64,000 nucleotides of DNA from a phage, in the sequence record OZ346228.1; one strand, given 5' to 3'. Numbering within the stretch: position 1 is the stretch's first letter; each line of letters starts with the position of its first letter. Positions 29,384 through 39,328 of this stretch are shown here, one piece after another. The notes under the pieces were generated by a model. That model worked only from the letters and a program-made list of their open reading frames with translations, had not been told where the DNA came from and did not search any database. The position numbers and the translations under genes are program-made.

Positions 29384-29689
29384 ATGATGAAACGTTATAA
29401 ACCATACACTTTTGAAATCGATTTCGAACTTGACGATATGTTCACTGTGGAAGCTCAGGCAGTTGTCCAGTTGCCAGACCCAGAGTGTCGTGATTCTGAT
29501 GTTGACTATTATGGATTTAGACAGATCACTGATGTGCATGTTTACCACAACGGTGAAGAGGTGGACTTCCACCAATTGCCAAACGATATGCGCCACTCAA
29601 TTTACAAACGTGCAGCCCGTGAACTAGAGTCCTATCTGGATGCAGCGACGACAGCAGCTGCATTTGCTGAAGAAGTGGGAGGTTTCTGA
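29384..29689 (+). CDS. hypothetical protein
   Basis: First ATG after the MTase stop; the track start at 29345 is TTG inside the MTase gene. Confidence 0.4.
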   Translation: MMKRYKPYTFEIDFELDDMFTVEAQAVVQLPDPECRDSDVDYYGFRQITDVHVYHNGEEVDFHQLPNDMRHSIYKRAARELESYLDAATTAAAFAEEVGGF

Positions 29690-30084
29690 TGATTACAGGT
29701 GTGAAGATTATCCAATACCACTTAACCAAATTGGAAGATGCTGAAAAAGAGCTTGCAGAAGTTCTAAATAGTGGATATACTTTGCTATCATGCGCCTGCT
29801 CAGACACCTACGCTGTGTGGACACTTATCCGGAAGGAGGAGCCTGCAGGGATCTTGGTGCCAAACCCTAAGATTATCAGTGAAGTGGATGACTGCTCTCA
29901 GGACGGCCTGTCAGAAGACTGGGAAGCATGGGAAGGTGGTGAAAACCCTGCACCAGGTAAGTGGGTAAAATACAAACTACGTAGCGGTGCACAGCACGCT
30001 GGATACTCTGATAACCTGGACTGGAGTCATTCTTCACCGGAATCATTGGTAAGTGCATATGATATCGTTGCTTTTCAGGAATAA
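29689..30084 (+). CDS. hypothetical protein
   Basis: 131-aa ORF, start overlaps upstream stop. Confidence 0.45.
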   Translation: MITGVKIIQYHLTKLEDAEKELAEVLNSGYTLLSCACSDTYAVWTLIRKEEPAGILVPNPKIISEVDDCSQDGLSEDWEAWEGGENPAPGKWVKYKLRSGAQHAGYSDNLDWSHSSPESLVSAYDIVAFQE

Positions 30085-30096
30085 GGAGAGAGTGTT

Positions 30097-30579
30097 ATGT
30101 CAGATTTTATGTGGAAAGTAGGTTATGCCTCTCCTGAAATGTGCGAGGCTTGCTTTGTAAAAATAGGCCGCGAGGATATTGACAAAGTGATCTTTAAGTT
30201 TCGTGATGTATCTGTGATCGGCAACCGAGTGCTTAAGCACTTAAAGAATCTGAAGCTCACCAAAAAGAAGTTCTTCGGACTTTTCGAAGAGAAAGTTGAT
30301 GCTTGGACCCATTGCATTCAGGAAGCTAAATCTCACTACAGTGCTATCGTTACCCCAGAACGGGTAGCCAAGATGGAAGGATTCATCAACAGCACAGAGT
30401 TTGAGTGCCTAAAGGCTGCCCTTAATAGTTATCCAAAGTGCCTCAAACACCTTGACAAGTATGTAGAAAAGGATGGGGAAATGTATCTCACCCTGGACGC
30501 ATATTATGAGATGCAAGAAATTTTAAATTTAGATTTGACATTGGTATCCACCGAGTATACAATAGGTATCCGGGTTTAA
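30097..30579 (+). CDS. hypothetical protein
   Basis: 160-aa ORF with GGAGAG RBS; terminator follows. Confidence 0.5.
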   Translation: MSDFMWKVGYASPEMCEACFVKIGREDIDKVIFKFRDVSVIGNRVLKHLKNLKLTKKKFFGLFEEKVDAWTHCIQEAKSHYSAIVTPERVAKMEGFINSTEFECLKAALNSYPKCLKHLDKYVEKDGEMYLTLDAYYEMQEILNLDLTLVSTEYTIGIRV

Positions 30580-30585
30580 CACTAG

Positions 30586-30612
30586 GCCCTGCCCGAAAGG
30601 GTGGGGCTTTTT
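30586..30612 (+). terminator. rho-independent terminator
   Basis: GCCCTGCCC-GAAA-GGGTGGGGC then TTTTTG; near-identical to the terminator at 41575. Confidence 0.65.
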
Positions 30613-30630
30613 GCATTAGGAGACAGCAAA

Positions 30631-31395
30631 TTGAAATTTATCTACAAAGAACACTACCACAAAGGTGTTGTGTGGAGTCTATTTGACGGGTCTGGTGGTG
30701 CAGTCATTGACTGGGCAAAAGCTGGGTACCTGTGCCTGTGCTTTAATGCAGAAGGCGCTGATCACGGCAGTTATGCAGAGGTTATAACCGATCATCCCAA
30801 CATTCACTATGTGGATTATTGGATTGACCCATGGTTCCCTCAGGAAACTTTTTGCATGTACCCAGCTCCAGACTTTATTCTTGCATTTCCTCCGTGCACG
30901 CATTTAGCGGTATCAGGTGCTGCACATTTTAAGAAAAAGCTGGCTAAGGACCCTCTGATCCAAATTAATGCCGTAAAGGATGCTCGGGTTGCGGAAGAGC
31001 TGGGAGAGATTTACGATTGCCCGTGGCATGTAGAGAATCCTGTGGGTGTTATGTCCACACTGTGGCGCAAACCTGATTACCGTTTTCATCCTTCTGACTA
31101 TGGTGGGTATTTACCGGAGGATGATGTAAACCCTTGGTTTCCTGAATTTATAGCTCCACGTGATGCCTATCCAAAAATAACTTGCGGCTGGATAGGTAAT
31201 GGATTTATAATCCCGCCCACAAAACCTGTCCCGCAAATAGTTGACGCGGTTAGCGGGTATTCTATGCAACACGCCAAGCTGGGTGGAAAGAGTGCAAGAA
31301 CGAAGATGATTCGAAGTCTCACACCACGTGGCTGGGCAAAAGCCGTATTCTTAGCAAACGAGCCTGTAGTAAGGAGCAGAATTAATGGGAAGTAA
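30631..31395 (+). CDS. C5-cytosine methyltransferase-like protein (short)
   Basis: Motif I LFDGSGG, motif IV FPPCTHLAVSG (PC), motif VI HVENPVG (ENV); probable TTG start after AGGAGA, since the track start GTG 30601 lies inside the upstream terminator hairpin; too short for a typical target-recognition domain. Confidence 0.5.
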   Translation: MKFIYKEHYHKGVVWSLFDGSGGAVIDWAKAGYLCLCFNAEGADHGSYAEVITDHPNIHYVDYWIDPWFPQETFCMYPAPDFILAFPPCTHLAVSGAAHFKKKLAKDPLIQINAVKDARVAEELGEIYDCPWHVENPVGVMSTLWRKPDYRFHPSDYGGYLPEDDVNPWFPEFIAPRDAYPKITCGWIGNGFIIPPTKPVPQIVDAVSGYSMQHAKLGGKSARTKMIRSLTPRGWAKAVFLANEPVVRSRINGK

Positions 31396-33463
31396 ATTTA
31401 TGGCATCTGCATACAACCGTTTCGGTGAGCCAAACCCGAAAGCAACTAAGTATAAAAGTGGGGGGAGTGTGAAACGAGACTATCGTGATGAAAAAGAAGT
31501 TGAAACTGTAGAGACTGTTTTAGAAAATACTAAAATTGTCCCTGTCCCACAACAAAATATCGGTCTGATGGCTGCACAATATTTTGGTGTGCGATCAGCA
31601 TTGTCCCAAGAAGACGGTGTGACAGTCACTGCAACATATTTCCCATATTACGACCGCTACGGAAATCTGTCTGGTTTCAAAAAGCGTGACTGGACTATTC
31701 CTAAAGAGCAAAGGGGCCATTTCTCCGTTGTTGGCATCGTAAAGGCCAACTCCCAGATGTTTGGTCAAAAGCTGTGTGCATCTTCCAACAACCGTAAGCA
31801 GATTAATGTTTGTGAGGGAGAAGGTGATGTTATTGCAGCATGGCAGGCTGCATATCAAATACAAGTAAAAGGGATTCTCACCAACGCTAAAGCCCCGGCA
31901 AAGGTGAAACAGTGGGCTAAAGAGGTCCAGGACGGGATCGATGCAGTTATCAACGGGGGTGATTTGGCAGGAAAACCCTGCCTGCCTTTTGTTGGAATTA
32001 ACTGTGGATGTGCAAACGCAGTAGATACTTTTGCAAACAATGAGAAATTTATCCGTAGCTACGGAACAGTGGTCCTTGCAATGGACAACGATGCGGCTAA
32101 CGAGGTAGAGAAGCAAAAACACGTTATCAAAGGTGTTGAAGCCACACATAATATTGCAGCATTTTTGATGGCTGACAACGTTTACCACGTGGAATATCCT
32201 GGCGAGGTAAACGACCCTGATGGTGTAAAAGATATCCGTGACATGCTGAAGGCTAAAAAGCTGGAAGATATTGTAAACATGTTCCGGCATCCTGTTAAGT
32301 ATGTGCCTGATGCTGTGTCGGATTTAGAAGACTTCTCTATCGAATCTTTGCGGAAAAAGACTTCCAACGGGGTAGATATCAGCGCAGAGTTTCCAAAACT
32401 GCAAAAAATGCTAAAAGGCTTGCACAAAGGGACACTCGTAATGCTTACAGGTCCATCAGGAGGTGGTAAAACAACTGTAGCCAAAAAACTGGAACACTGT
32501 ATTGCAAGATACCTAATGGACCCGACATGTCCAAAGGCCGATGACTACGAAGAGGATGATCGTCTATGCATGATTCATCTTGAGGAGGACCCAGAGGAAG
32601 CAATTAACTCCTTGTATGCAAACCAGTTAGGGTTTGATGTTAAAGAGTTTGTTGAAGATCCTAGCCAGTTTTTAACTGATCAAGAACATGCAGAGATTCA
32701 CCAATCATGGGCAAAAGCTGGAAAAATCAAAGTGTTCAAACATTTCGGGTCTATTCCAGTGGACGAGTTGATTACCAAGCTTAAGCAAATGGTCTGCCTG
32801 TACCATTGTCGCTATATTGTGCTGGATCACCTGTCTATGGTAATTTCAGGGCTTAATGTTAAAGATGAGCGAAAAGAACTGGACATGGCTATGACTCAGC
32901 TGGCTGCGTTTTGTAAGCAGTTTAACGTGTTTATCTTGGTGATCGCTCACCTCAAACGTACAGAGATTGTGCCTCCTAAGGACAAGGATGGTAACCCATT
33001 ACCTTTCTGGTATCCTGTGCGAAAAGAGAATTTGCGAGGATCGGCTGGGCTTGAACAGTTGAGTTGGGTAGTCATAGGTGTCGAGGCCGAAGAAATGGTG
33101 GATCGTTCTCGTGGGCGTGTCCGTCTGGTAGGTCTTAAAAACCGTCCAGCAAAAACTTTAGGTATTGCTGACACTTTAGTTATGGACCCACATACAGGTA
33201 AGTTCCATGATGCCAGTAATTGGTACTGGGACAAAGAAATGCAGATGTTTACAGACGGAGAAGGTGGGGAGGTTGTTTGGAGACCTCAGGCCATGTTTGA
33301 GGACCAAGAGCATGCAGTTGTAGAAACACCTATGGGCAAGGTTGTAGCCGATAAGGTTGTAACTCCTACTATTAAGCCTGTTGACACGCAGGAAGACCTT
33401 CAGTACGATGATCCATCCTCTGATCCGGTCCCCGGTTTTGAGGATGATGAAACACCTTTTTAA
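31385..33463 (+). CDS. primase-helicase (T7 gp4-like; TOPRIM plus DnaB-type helicase)
   Basis: 692 aa; TOPRIM-like CEGEGDVIAAWQ, Walker A LTGPSGGGKTT, Walker B IVLDHL; AAGGAG RBS. Confidence 0.8.
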   Translation: MGSKFMASAYNRFGEPNPKATKYKSGGSVKRDYRDEKEVETVETVLENTKIVPVPQQNIGLMAAQYFGVRSALSQEDGVTVTATYFPYYDRYGNLSGFKKRDWTIPKEQRGHFSVVGIVKANSQMFGQKLCASSNNRKQINVCEGEGDVIAAWQAAYQIQVKGILTNAKAPAKVKQWAKEVQDGIDAVINGGDLAGKPCLPFVGINCGCANAVDTFANNEKFIRSYGTVVLAMDNDAANEVEKQKHVIKGVEATHNIAAFLMADNVYHVEYPGEVNDPDGVKDIRDMLKAKKLEDIVNMFRHPVKYVPDAVSDLEDFSIESLRKKTSNGVDISAEFPKLQKMLKGLHKGTLVMLTGPSGGGKTTVAKKLEHCIARYLMDPTCPKADDYEEDDRLCMIHLEEDPEEAINSLYANQLGFDVKEFVEDPSQFLTDQEHAEIHQSWAKAGKIKVFKHFGSIPVDELITKLKQMVCLYHCRYIVLDHLSMVISGLNVKDERKELDMAMTQLAAFCKQFNVFILVIAHLKRTEIVPPKDKDGNPLPFWYPVRKENLRGSAGLEQLSWVVIGVEAEEMVDRSRGRVRLVGLKNRPAKTLGIADTLVMDPHTGKFHDASNWYWDKEMQMFTDGEGGEVVWRPQAMFEDQEHAVVETPMGKVVADKVVTPTIKPVDTQEDLQYDDPSSDPVPGFEDDETPF

Positions 33464-33521
33464 TGTTTAACAAAGAGTGGGAGGGGTAGTACAACCGCCT
33501 CCCCTTTAAGGAGAACTGTAT

Positions 33522-35945
33522 ATGAGCATGTGGTCGTTCGACTTTGAGTCATCCGGTTTGCTGGAAGACCCAGATCTTTATTATCACTGCGGCCTGTTTA
33601 AAGAGCTGAATAAGAACCGTTTTATGCTGTTCCTTCCTCTAAATGACCGCACACACTACTCCGAGGAGGATATAGAAAAGGCTAAGAACTTCATTCTGGC
33701 AAAGAAAACTCTTTATAAAGATTTTGAAGTTCGCATAGCAGATTTTTCAGAGTTGGAAGGTTGGCTTACAGGAAATTCTGACTGGTCACCAACAGCTTTG
33801 AACTGCCATAACTGCTACAGTTATGACTTTATGCTGATGGAAAGATTATCTGGTATTCATTTTGATATGTTCCGTGATCCTAAGTGTATGGGGACTATCA
33901 ACGATCACCAGGTTAACCTGTTTGATACGTTGGCGATGAGCCGAATCTTGTGGCCTGATCGCCCTTTACCAAAAGGTTGTCCGGACTCTGTATTCAACCC
34001 GGTTACTAAGAAAATGCAGCCTGTTGGTCCTCACGGCCTTATGGCATGGGGCTACGCCCTTGGTAACCAGAAAGTTCAAATTGATGACTGGCGCGATCTT
34101 CCGTTATGGAAGTATGTGGATCGTGTATTTGAGGACGTTATCATCCAGGAGCTGCTCTGGAAAGAGCTGGTAGCGGAATCAAAAGGTGTATTCTACGGCA
34201 AATCTGACATGCAGAACTTTATGTACGATCCTGCCAAAGAGAAGCCGAAAGGGTTCAAGAAGATCACCTGGAAGAACGCATTACGTCGAGGCATGTTGCA
34301 GCACTTCCTGATGGAGCTGCAGGCCCGTCAGGGTGTATACTTCGACATAGATGGGGCTATTGCTTTACGTGACCGCTGCGATGCGTGGATGAAAGAGATC
34401 GCTGATCGTGTTGAACCACAACTGCCTTTAAAAGAGCTGTCAATGTCTCAGCGGCCCAAGTTCCCTGAAAAGCCGTTTAACCAAGATGGGACAATCTCTA
34501 ATAATGGTTGGAAATGGTTAAAAGATAAGCTTGGCTATCCTGTGGACATGAGTGCTTTAGAGTTCAAAGCCCCACCTAAGCGAGCATTTACCTCTACAGG
34601 AGATGTCAGTAAGATGGGGATAAAATGGTGTGAAGAGATGGGCTGCAAAGACCACGATAAGATGGCTGATTTCTTGAGAGGTTATATTAAGGGCACCTCC
34701 ACACCACAACCTTTACCTAAAGAGCTGATGGATCAGGCAATAAGCGATCTGCAACAGAAGCGAATGCCTGACTGCAAGATACCTATGAAAATCAGCAATC
34801 AGGACGACATTAAGCGATACCTGATCAGTGCTGGTTGGCTTCCGACAATGTGGAGAACTAAGGATGTAACTAAGGACAGCAAGAAGAAAGCTCTACCTGA
34901 TGCAGATGTTGATGCACGAGTATATGCATACATGGACGAGCTTTTAGAGTCAGAGTATTGTGACCTAATTATCAACTTCTGGAACAAAACTGATGCTAAG
35001 TTTCAGACAACAGTGCACAAGTTCCGAAGCTTTCCTAACTCCGAAAGGATTAAAAAGGAAGTGTTCGGGAAAATACGCAGAAAAGCCAGGGCACTTATTA
35101 CTTCTCCGCAACTGAAAGATACGTTTGGACACCTATGTCCGAATCTTGAAAAATTGAACGGAGAGATGGCTAAAGATATCGTCTTGTGGTTATCATTGCG
35201 AAACCGCAGATCGGTCCTTGATCCAATCAAGGAGGATAAGGTTGATACTGGTCTTCTTAATCACCCACGTTTGAAGATTGACCATAAGCTTCCTGCTAAA
35301 AGCTCTGGATTAACAAACACTTCCCGACAGAAACACAGTATTTGTGCAAACATGCCTAAACCATCTCCTAAAGTGGTTATGGGTAAAGAGATGCGTAGCT
35401 TGTGGGGTGTTCCTCCTGGATACTTTGAGATCGGTATTGACGGGTCCAACTTAGAGCAGCTTATCGGGGCTTGGGGTGCCTTTGAGTTCGACAACGGCTT
35501 GTACTATGATGTTGTAAGTAACGGGGACGCACACCAAAACAATGCTGAGGCATATACAAAAGTAGCAGGCAGAGAGGTGTCTCGTAACGACGGTAAACCT
35601 ATCACGTATGGGGTTATGTACGGGGCACAAAAAGATAAAGTTGCAGATATGCTGGATATCTCCCCAGAGTTGGGGCAAAGGGTGATCGATGCACTTTGGG
35701 ATGCCAACCCAGGTCTTAAGGGGCGCAAAGAGGATCTGGAGAAATTCTGGGAAGCAACAGGTAAGAAGTTTATCTACTCTTTTGATGGTCATGCTATCTG
35801 GACCCGATCTAAACACTCTTTACTTAATGCATACCAACAAAATGGCGGCGCATCGTTGTGTGACTTAGTTGGGATACTCATGCACCATCAAATGGTGAAG
35901 CGTGGGTGGTACGATGAAGGTGTTCGTCGTATTATCTATTACCAT
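33522..35945 (+). CDS. DNA polymerase family A, exon 1 (ORF continues to in-intron stop at 35951)
   Basis: 3'-5' exo motif FDFESSG, pol motif A IDGSNLEQL, motif B K..ITYGVMYG; ORF stops right after ...IIYYH-K, before motif C. Confidence 0.8.
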
Positions 35946-36787
35946 AAATAACATTGTGGCTTCGTGCAGTGATGCACGTCGAAAACCTCTTTAATTGACG
36001 GGAAGGCTAAGTTGACTTTTACACCTAAACATGGTAAAAGCTCAATATGCTAATCCGCAGCGAAGACTAAAGGGGTGTAGTTAAAATGGCTAGATCAGTT
36101 GAGTATCACGGATATACCGTGTTTGATGATGGAACAATACCTTTATCGAAACGTGATCATACAACAATGTTTTGTTTTGATAATGGTCGAGGTTACCTTT
36201 GCGTAACCATGTTCATCGAGGGGAAGCAGTGCACAAAAGGTGTCCACCACTTGGTTGCTGAATGCTTTGTATCAAACCCTGATCCTGAAAGGCTCACATG
36301 GGTGAACCATAAGGACGGAAACAAATACAACAATGCATACTGGAACCTTGAATGGACCACCCCTGGTGGAAATATCAAACACGCTTATGATAATGACCTC
36401 AGAGTAAGGCCAGTCGGTGAGTATAATGCCAACGCTGTACTGACCGAGGATGAGGTAACGGAGATTTGCGAACTGTTACAAAGTGGTTTACGACAATGCG
36501 AGATTAGGGATCTTGGGTATCCTTATGAGACGGTCAGAGCCATAAAGCAAAGAAGACAGTGGAAACATATCTCTAAAAACTACACCTGGTAGTAACGTTC
36601 AGAGACTATCGAAAGCATAGCGCCAACATAAATTGGTGCGAAGAAGCGAGTAGAGTAGACCAGCAAGTGCGGTCGAAATGGGAGGTGCCTTGGTAACAAG
36701 GTAGTGAGATAGTCCGATCCATACAGGAAACTGTATGGCTGTGCACGTAATGGTGCGGGGTAGCTTAACGACCTACCTGAACTATTG
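35946..36787 (+). ncRNA. group I self-splicing intron (842 nt) in DNA polymerase gene
   Basis: 5' exon ends in U, intron ends in G; IGS UUGUGG (about 35954-35959) complementary to CCAU|AA; P/Q/R/S-like elements aattgacgggaaggc (~35993), aatccgcagc (~36052), gttcagagacta (~36597), gagatagtcc (~36706); HNH ORF between Q and R. Confidence 0.8.
36086..36592 (+). CDS. HNH homing endonuclease (intron-encoded)
   Basis: 168 aa; HHLVAECF ... NHKDGNKYNNAYWNLEWTT HNH signature; out of frame with polymerase exons; lies within the intron. Confidence 0.8.
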   Translation: MARSVEYHGYTVFDDGTIPLSKRDHTTMFCFDNGRGYLCVTMFIEGKQCTKGVHHLVAECFVSNPDPERLTWVNHKDGNKYNNAYWNLEWTTPGGNIKHAYDNDLRVRPVGEYNANAVLTEDEVTEICELLQSGLRQCEIRDLGYPYETVRAIKQRRQWKHISKNYTW

Positions 36788-37141
36788 GATGAGTACCAAC
36801 TTCAAGTCCCTGACACACCGAAGTATAAGACTGTGTACACCTTCGACACAATCGAAGAACTGGAAGCATTTAAGGCAGAGCAGGAGGCCAAACTTCATGT
36901 GTTCGACGGTCATAAGTACAAAAAGGCACGCAAGGATGAGGACGGAAACGAAGTGGTTGACAGAGACGGAAACACGGTGTACGATCCTATCCTGAACGAT
37001 GACGGAAAGCTTGAACTTATCTGGAGCCCTGTGGGTGAAATGGTGGTGCATTGCTTCTGGCAAGCTTCTAAAATGATGGGCGTCCCGTTCCAGATCACGG
37101 GTGAATACCTGTGTGGTCGTAATTGGGGTGATTGTCACTAA
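36788..37141 (+). CDS. DNA polymerase family A, exon 2
   Basis: Reading frame open from 36764; DEYQLQV supplies the DE of motif C (YYH|DE) when joined to exon 1; ends GRNWGDCH like PolA C-termini (T7 ...GPNWAICH). Confidence 0.7.
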   Translation, partial: DEYQLQVPDTPKYKTVYTFDTIEELEAFKAEQEAKLHVFDGHKYKKARKDEDGNEVVDRDGNTVYDPILNDDGKLELIWSPVGEMVVHCFWQASKMMGVPFQITGEYLCGRNWGDCH

Positions 37142-37190
37142 TGTAAACTATCAACACATGGAAGTGTTGTTGAGCAAAGAGGAGACTTTT

Positions 37191-37475
37191 ATGGTAGTAG
37201 AACCAACAAAAACATTTACATCCATGACTATCCCTGTTATTATGCAGGTGGAGTGTGTTCAGGTATCTCAAGTGTGGCCTGGCACCAAAATCCCGACAGG
37301 GCCTGATTTCTTTCAGGTTGGCAAAGTGTACAATGTCTGGAAGGCACCAGATTGTTACCCTTTCATCAAAGATGACCGTGGGATGCTGTGGTATCTTGGA
37401 AATGATTTGACACTGCACCTTGGGAATGCTATTATTGCAGTATTCAGACTTAACAAGAAGGAGACTGATCAATGA
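37191..37475 (+). CDS. small protein, KDD-motif family
   Basis: ATG after AAAGAGGAG; GKVYNVW...FIKDDRGMLWYL motif shared with neighbouring paralogs; track start 37101 overlaps polymerase exon 2. Confidence 0.45.
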   Translation: MVVEPTKTFTSMTIPVIMQVECVQVSQVWPGTKIPTGPDFFQVGKVYNVWKAPDCYPFIKDDRGMLWYLGNDLTLHLGNAIIAVFRLNKKETDQ

Positions 37476-37699
37476 CGACTTTGGTTAAAGCTACCTTTGT
37501 AGAAGAAAAGATGACAGACCTGTCATTCTTTAAAGAAGGAAAGACCTACGAGGTTTATTACGATAAAGCTCGTGCAAATAAAATGATTAAAGACGAGGAA
37601 GGGGTTGCCTGGTTTATCTCCCATCTGGCAAACGGTGAGTATCATATCTACGGAACCACCCTGCTTGCCAAGTTTGTAGCTGTTGAAGAGGACCTATGA
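37472..37699 (+). CDS. small protein, KDD-motif family
   Basis: 75 aa; GKTYEVYY...MIKDEEGVAWFI. Confidence 0.45.
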   Translation: MTTLVKATFVEEKMTDLSFFKEGKTYEVYYDKARANKMIKDEEGVAWFISHLANGEYHIYGTTLLAKFVAVEEDL

Positions 37700-37890
37700 A
37701 AGTAAAGTATCTGGCTGAGGGTATGAGTAGGTATTTCACCCTTGGTGAAGAATATTGGCCATTTACAAGCAACGGCGATGTCTACGTGAAAGATAATTTC
37801 GGCACGCCATGGTTTTTGCACCCTAACGGGTTAGGGTATTCTATTTATCGCAGTGCAATGAGCGACACAACCCTTGCAGAGTTTGTATAG
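37696..37890 (+). CDS. small protein, KDD-motif family
   Basis: 64 aa; VYVKDNFGTPWFL. Confidence 0.45.
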   Translation: MKVKYLAEGMSRYFTLGEEYWPFTSNGDVYVKDNFGTPWFLHPNGLGYSIYRSAMSDTTLAEFV

Positions 37891-37900
37891 AGGAGGTAGA

Positions 37901-38272
37901 ATGTTAGTAAAAGGTACTCACACAGTCAAACAACGTATCGAAGTTGAGATCGATGACTGCGAGCTGAAGCATATTTTACGGTCATGTTCCAACGTTTTGC
38001 TCCTTAGTATTCTCCAGGAGCGAGCGGAGAACGAGTTCTTAAATGCACTGGCAGGCCGCCCTGGTGATTTCTGTGTGCGTAAGCGTGGTGACAACAAGTC
38101 ATGGCTGTGGGAGATAGACGCAGAATGGGATTACCATAAAAATGAGGGTATAGATGAACCTATTCGTGAATTGACGGACAACGAGGTTCAGATGTACAAT
38201 GAAGTTTGTCAGTGGGCAAAAAGTCAACAAACTTATCTTGATCCTTGGTGGATGATCGAAAATAGTCGTTGA
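37901..38272 (+). CDS. hypothetical protein
   Basis: ATG after GAGGAGG; the track start at 37874 overlaps the upstream gene. Confidence 0.45.
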   Translation: MLVKGTHTVKQRIEVEIDDCELKHILRSCSNVLLLSILQERAENEFLNALAGRPGDFCVRKRGDNKSWLWEIDAEWDYHKNEGIDEPIRELTDNEVQMYNEVCQWAKSQQTYLDPWWMIENSR

Positions 38273-38348
38273 CAGGAAGTAAGATTAGATATAAGATGCT
38301 TCACACAAACAGAGCGTTGATTGTTTAACACTTAAGGAGACCGCTAAG

Positions 38349-38603
38349 ATGAAAATTACTCTGAAGCCAGAATGCGTTGAAAATGACCGAGCTTTTAAAG
38401 ATTGCACAATCGGTGCAATTTATGAAGCAGAGTTTTGTGAGAACCCTTTGGTAAAAGCCCTTCTGGAAGAAGGAGCTCCTCTATCACAGGAAGAGCTTGA
38501 TGAGTTGGAAAACTCAGCACAGTGCCTTACCTTTAAAGATGATGAAGGAGACTCTGTCTGGTGCACTGTTAATGAAGTAGTTTTTGTAAAACCTGAACAT
38601 TAA
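38349..38603 (+). CDS. small protein, KDD-motif family
   Basis: 84 aa; AFKDCTIGAIYEA...TFKDDEGDSVWCT; AAGGAG RBS. Confidence 0.45.
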   Translation: MKITLKPECVENDRAFKDCTIGAIYEAEFCENPLVKALLEEGAPLSQEELDELENSAQCLTFKDDEGDSVWCTVNEVVFVKPEH

Positions 38604-38606
38604 TGC

Positions 38607-38641
38607 TTGACAACAGTCATAGGGCCTACTATAATGGCCCT
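38607..38641 (+). promoter_or_regulatory. sigma70-type promoter with palindrome overlapping the -10
   Basis: TTGACA, 17-nt spacer, TATAAT; palindrome AGGGCC-TACTATAAT-GGCCCT spans the -10. Confidence 0.55.
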
Positions 38642-38666
38642 ATCAAAACGAAAGGGGACCACAGCA

Positions 38667-38939
38667 ATGACCAAACAATATCAACGAATTAAAGCCAAGG
38701 TTAAGCCAGACTATCTGGAGAAGGACTCTGCTTTTCGGGACTGCACAGCTGACAAAGTTTACACAGGGGCCGTCCTGTTGAACGATGAACTTGAAGTAGA
38801 TATTCTGGGTAAAGAGGCCACTATTAAGGACGACCAAGGCGATTATGTTTGCTGCACCACACGTGAGCTAGAAATCTTAGAATACTTCGGTGAAATCTTC
38901 ACCTCTCTTGATGATTACTTAGATGATGAGGAAGCGTGA
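38667..38939 (+). CDS. small protein, KDD-motif family
   Basis: Start at the internal ATG after AAAGGGGA; the track start at 38607 lies inside the promoter; AFRDCTADKVYTG...TIKDDQGDYVCCT. Confidence 0.45.
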   Translation: MTKQYQRIKAKVKPDYLEKDSAFRDCTADKVYTGAVLLNDELEVDILGKEATIKDDQGDYVCCTTRELEILEYFGEIFTSLDDYLDDEEA

Positions 38940-39328
38940 TGAAAAATATTTGGGATATCGATATCTTTGAAGCCTCTAAGCTTGATGGTGCTGATGGAGT
39001 GATTATGGTGTCTGATGGCAAAGCAACACTAACTTCCGGAGATATCATCTATGCCTTGGACGAGCTGGCGCTTCTGAAATCTACCGGTAACACTTTAGAG
39101 GAGCGTCTTCAAGGCTTCGCCTTCAAAGAAGGCACAAATACCGCCATGATGTGCACCACACGGACAGTTCAAGTTGGTAACGGTGTCTATATGATCATTG
39201 CTGTGTGTCCTAAATTCAGCAACGTCAACAAAGATGATGCTGACGCTGTCAACGATGTGGTTGTTCTCTTCGTGGGTGACGCTATGGCAGATCTGATGAA
39301 TGCAGGAGAAGCAGCAAATGAAGACTGA
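38936..39328 (+). CDS. hypothetical protein
   Basis: 130-aa ORF coupled to upstream gene. Confidence 0.45.
   Translation: MMKNIWDIDIFEASKLDGADGVIMVSDGKATLTSGDIIYALDELALLKSTGNTLEERLQGFAFKEGTNTAMMCTTRTVQVGNGVYMIIAVCPKFSNVNKDDADAVNDVVVLFVGDAMADLMNAGEAANED

Noticed and set aside
33522-37141. Intein rather than intron as the cause of the polymerase interruption
   Set aside because: The intervening sequence is out of frame with both exons and contains stop codons, the endonuclease has its own RBS and ATG, and RNA-level group I elements (P, Q, R, S, terminal G) are present.
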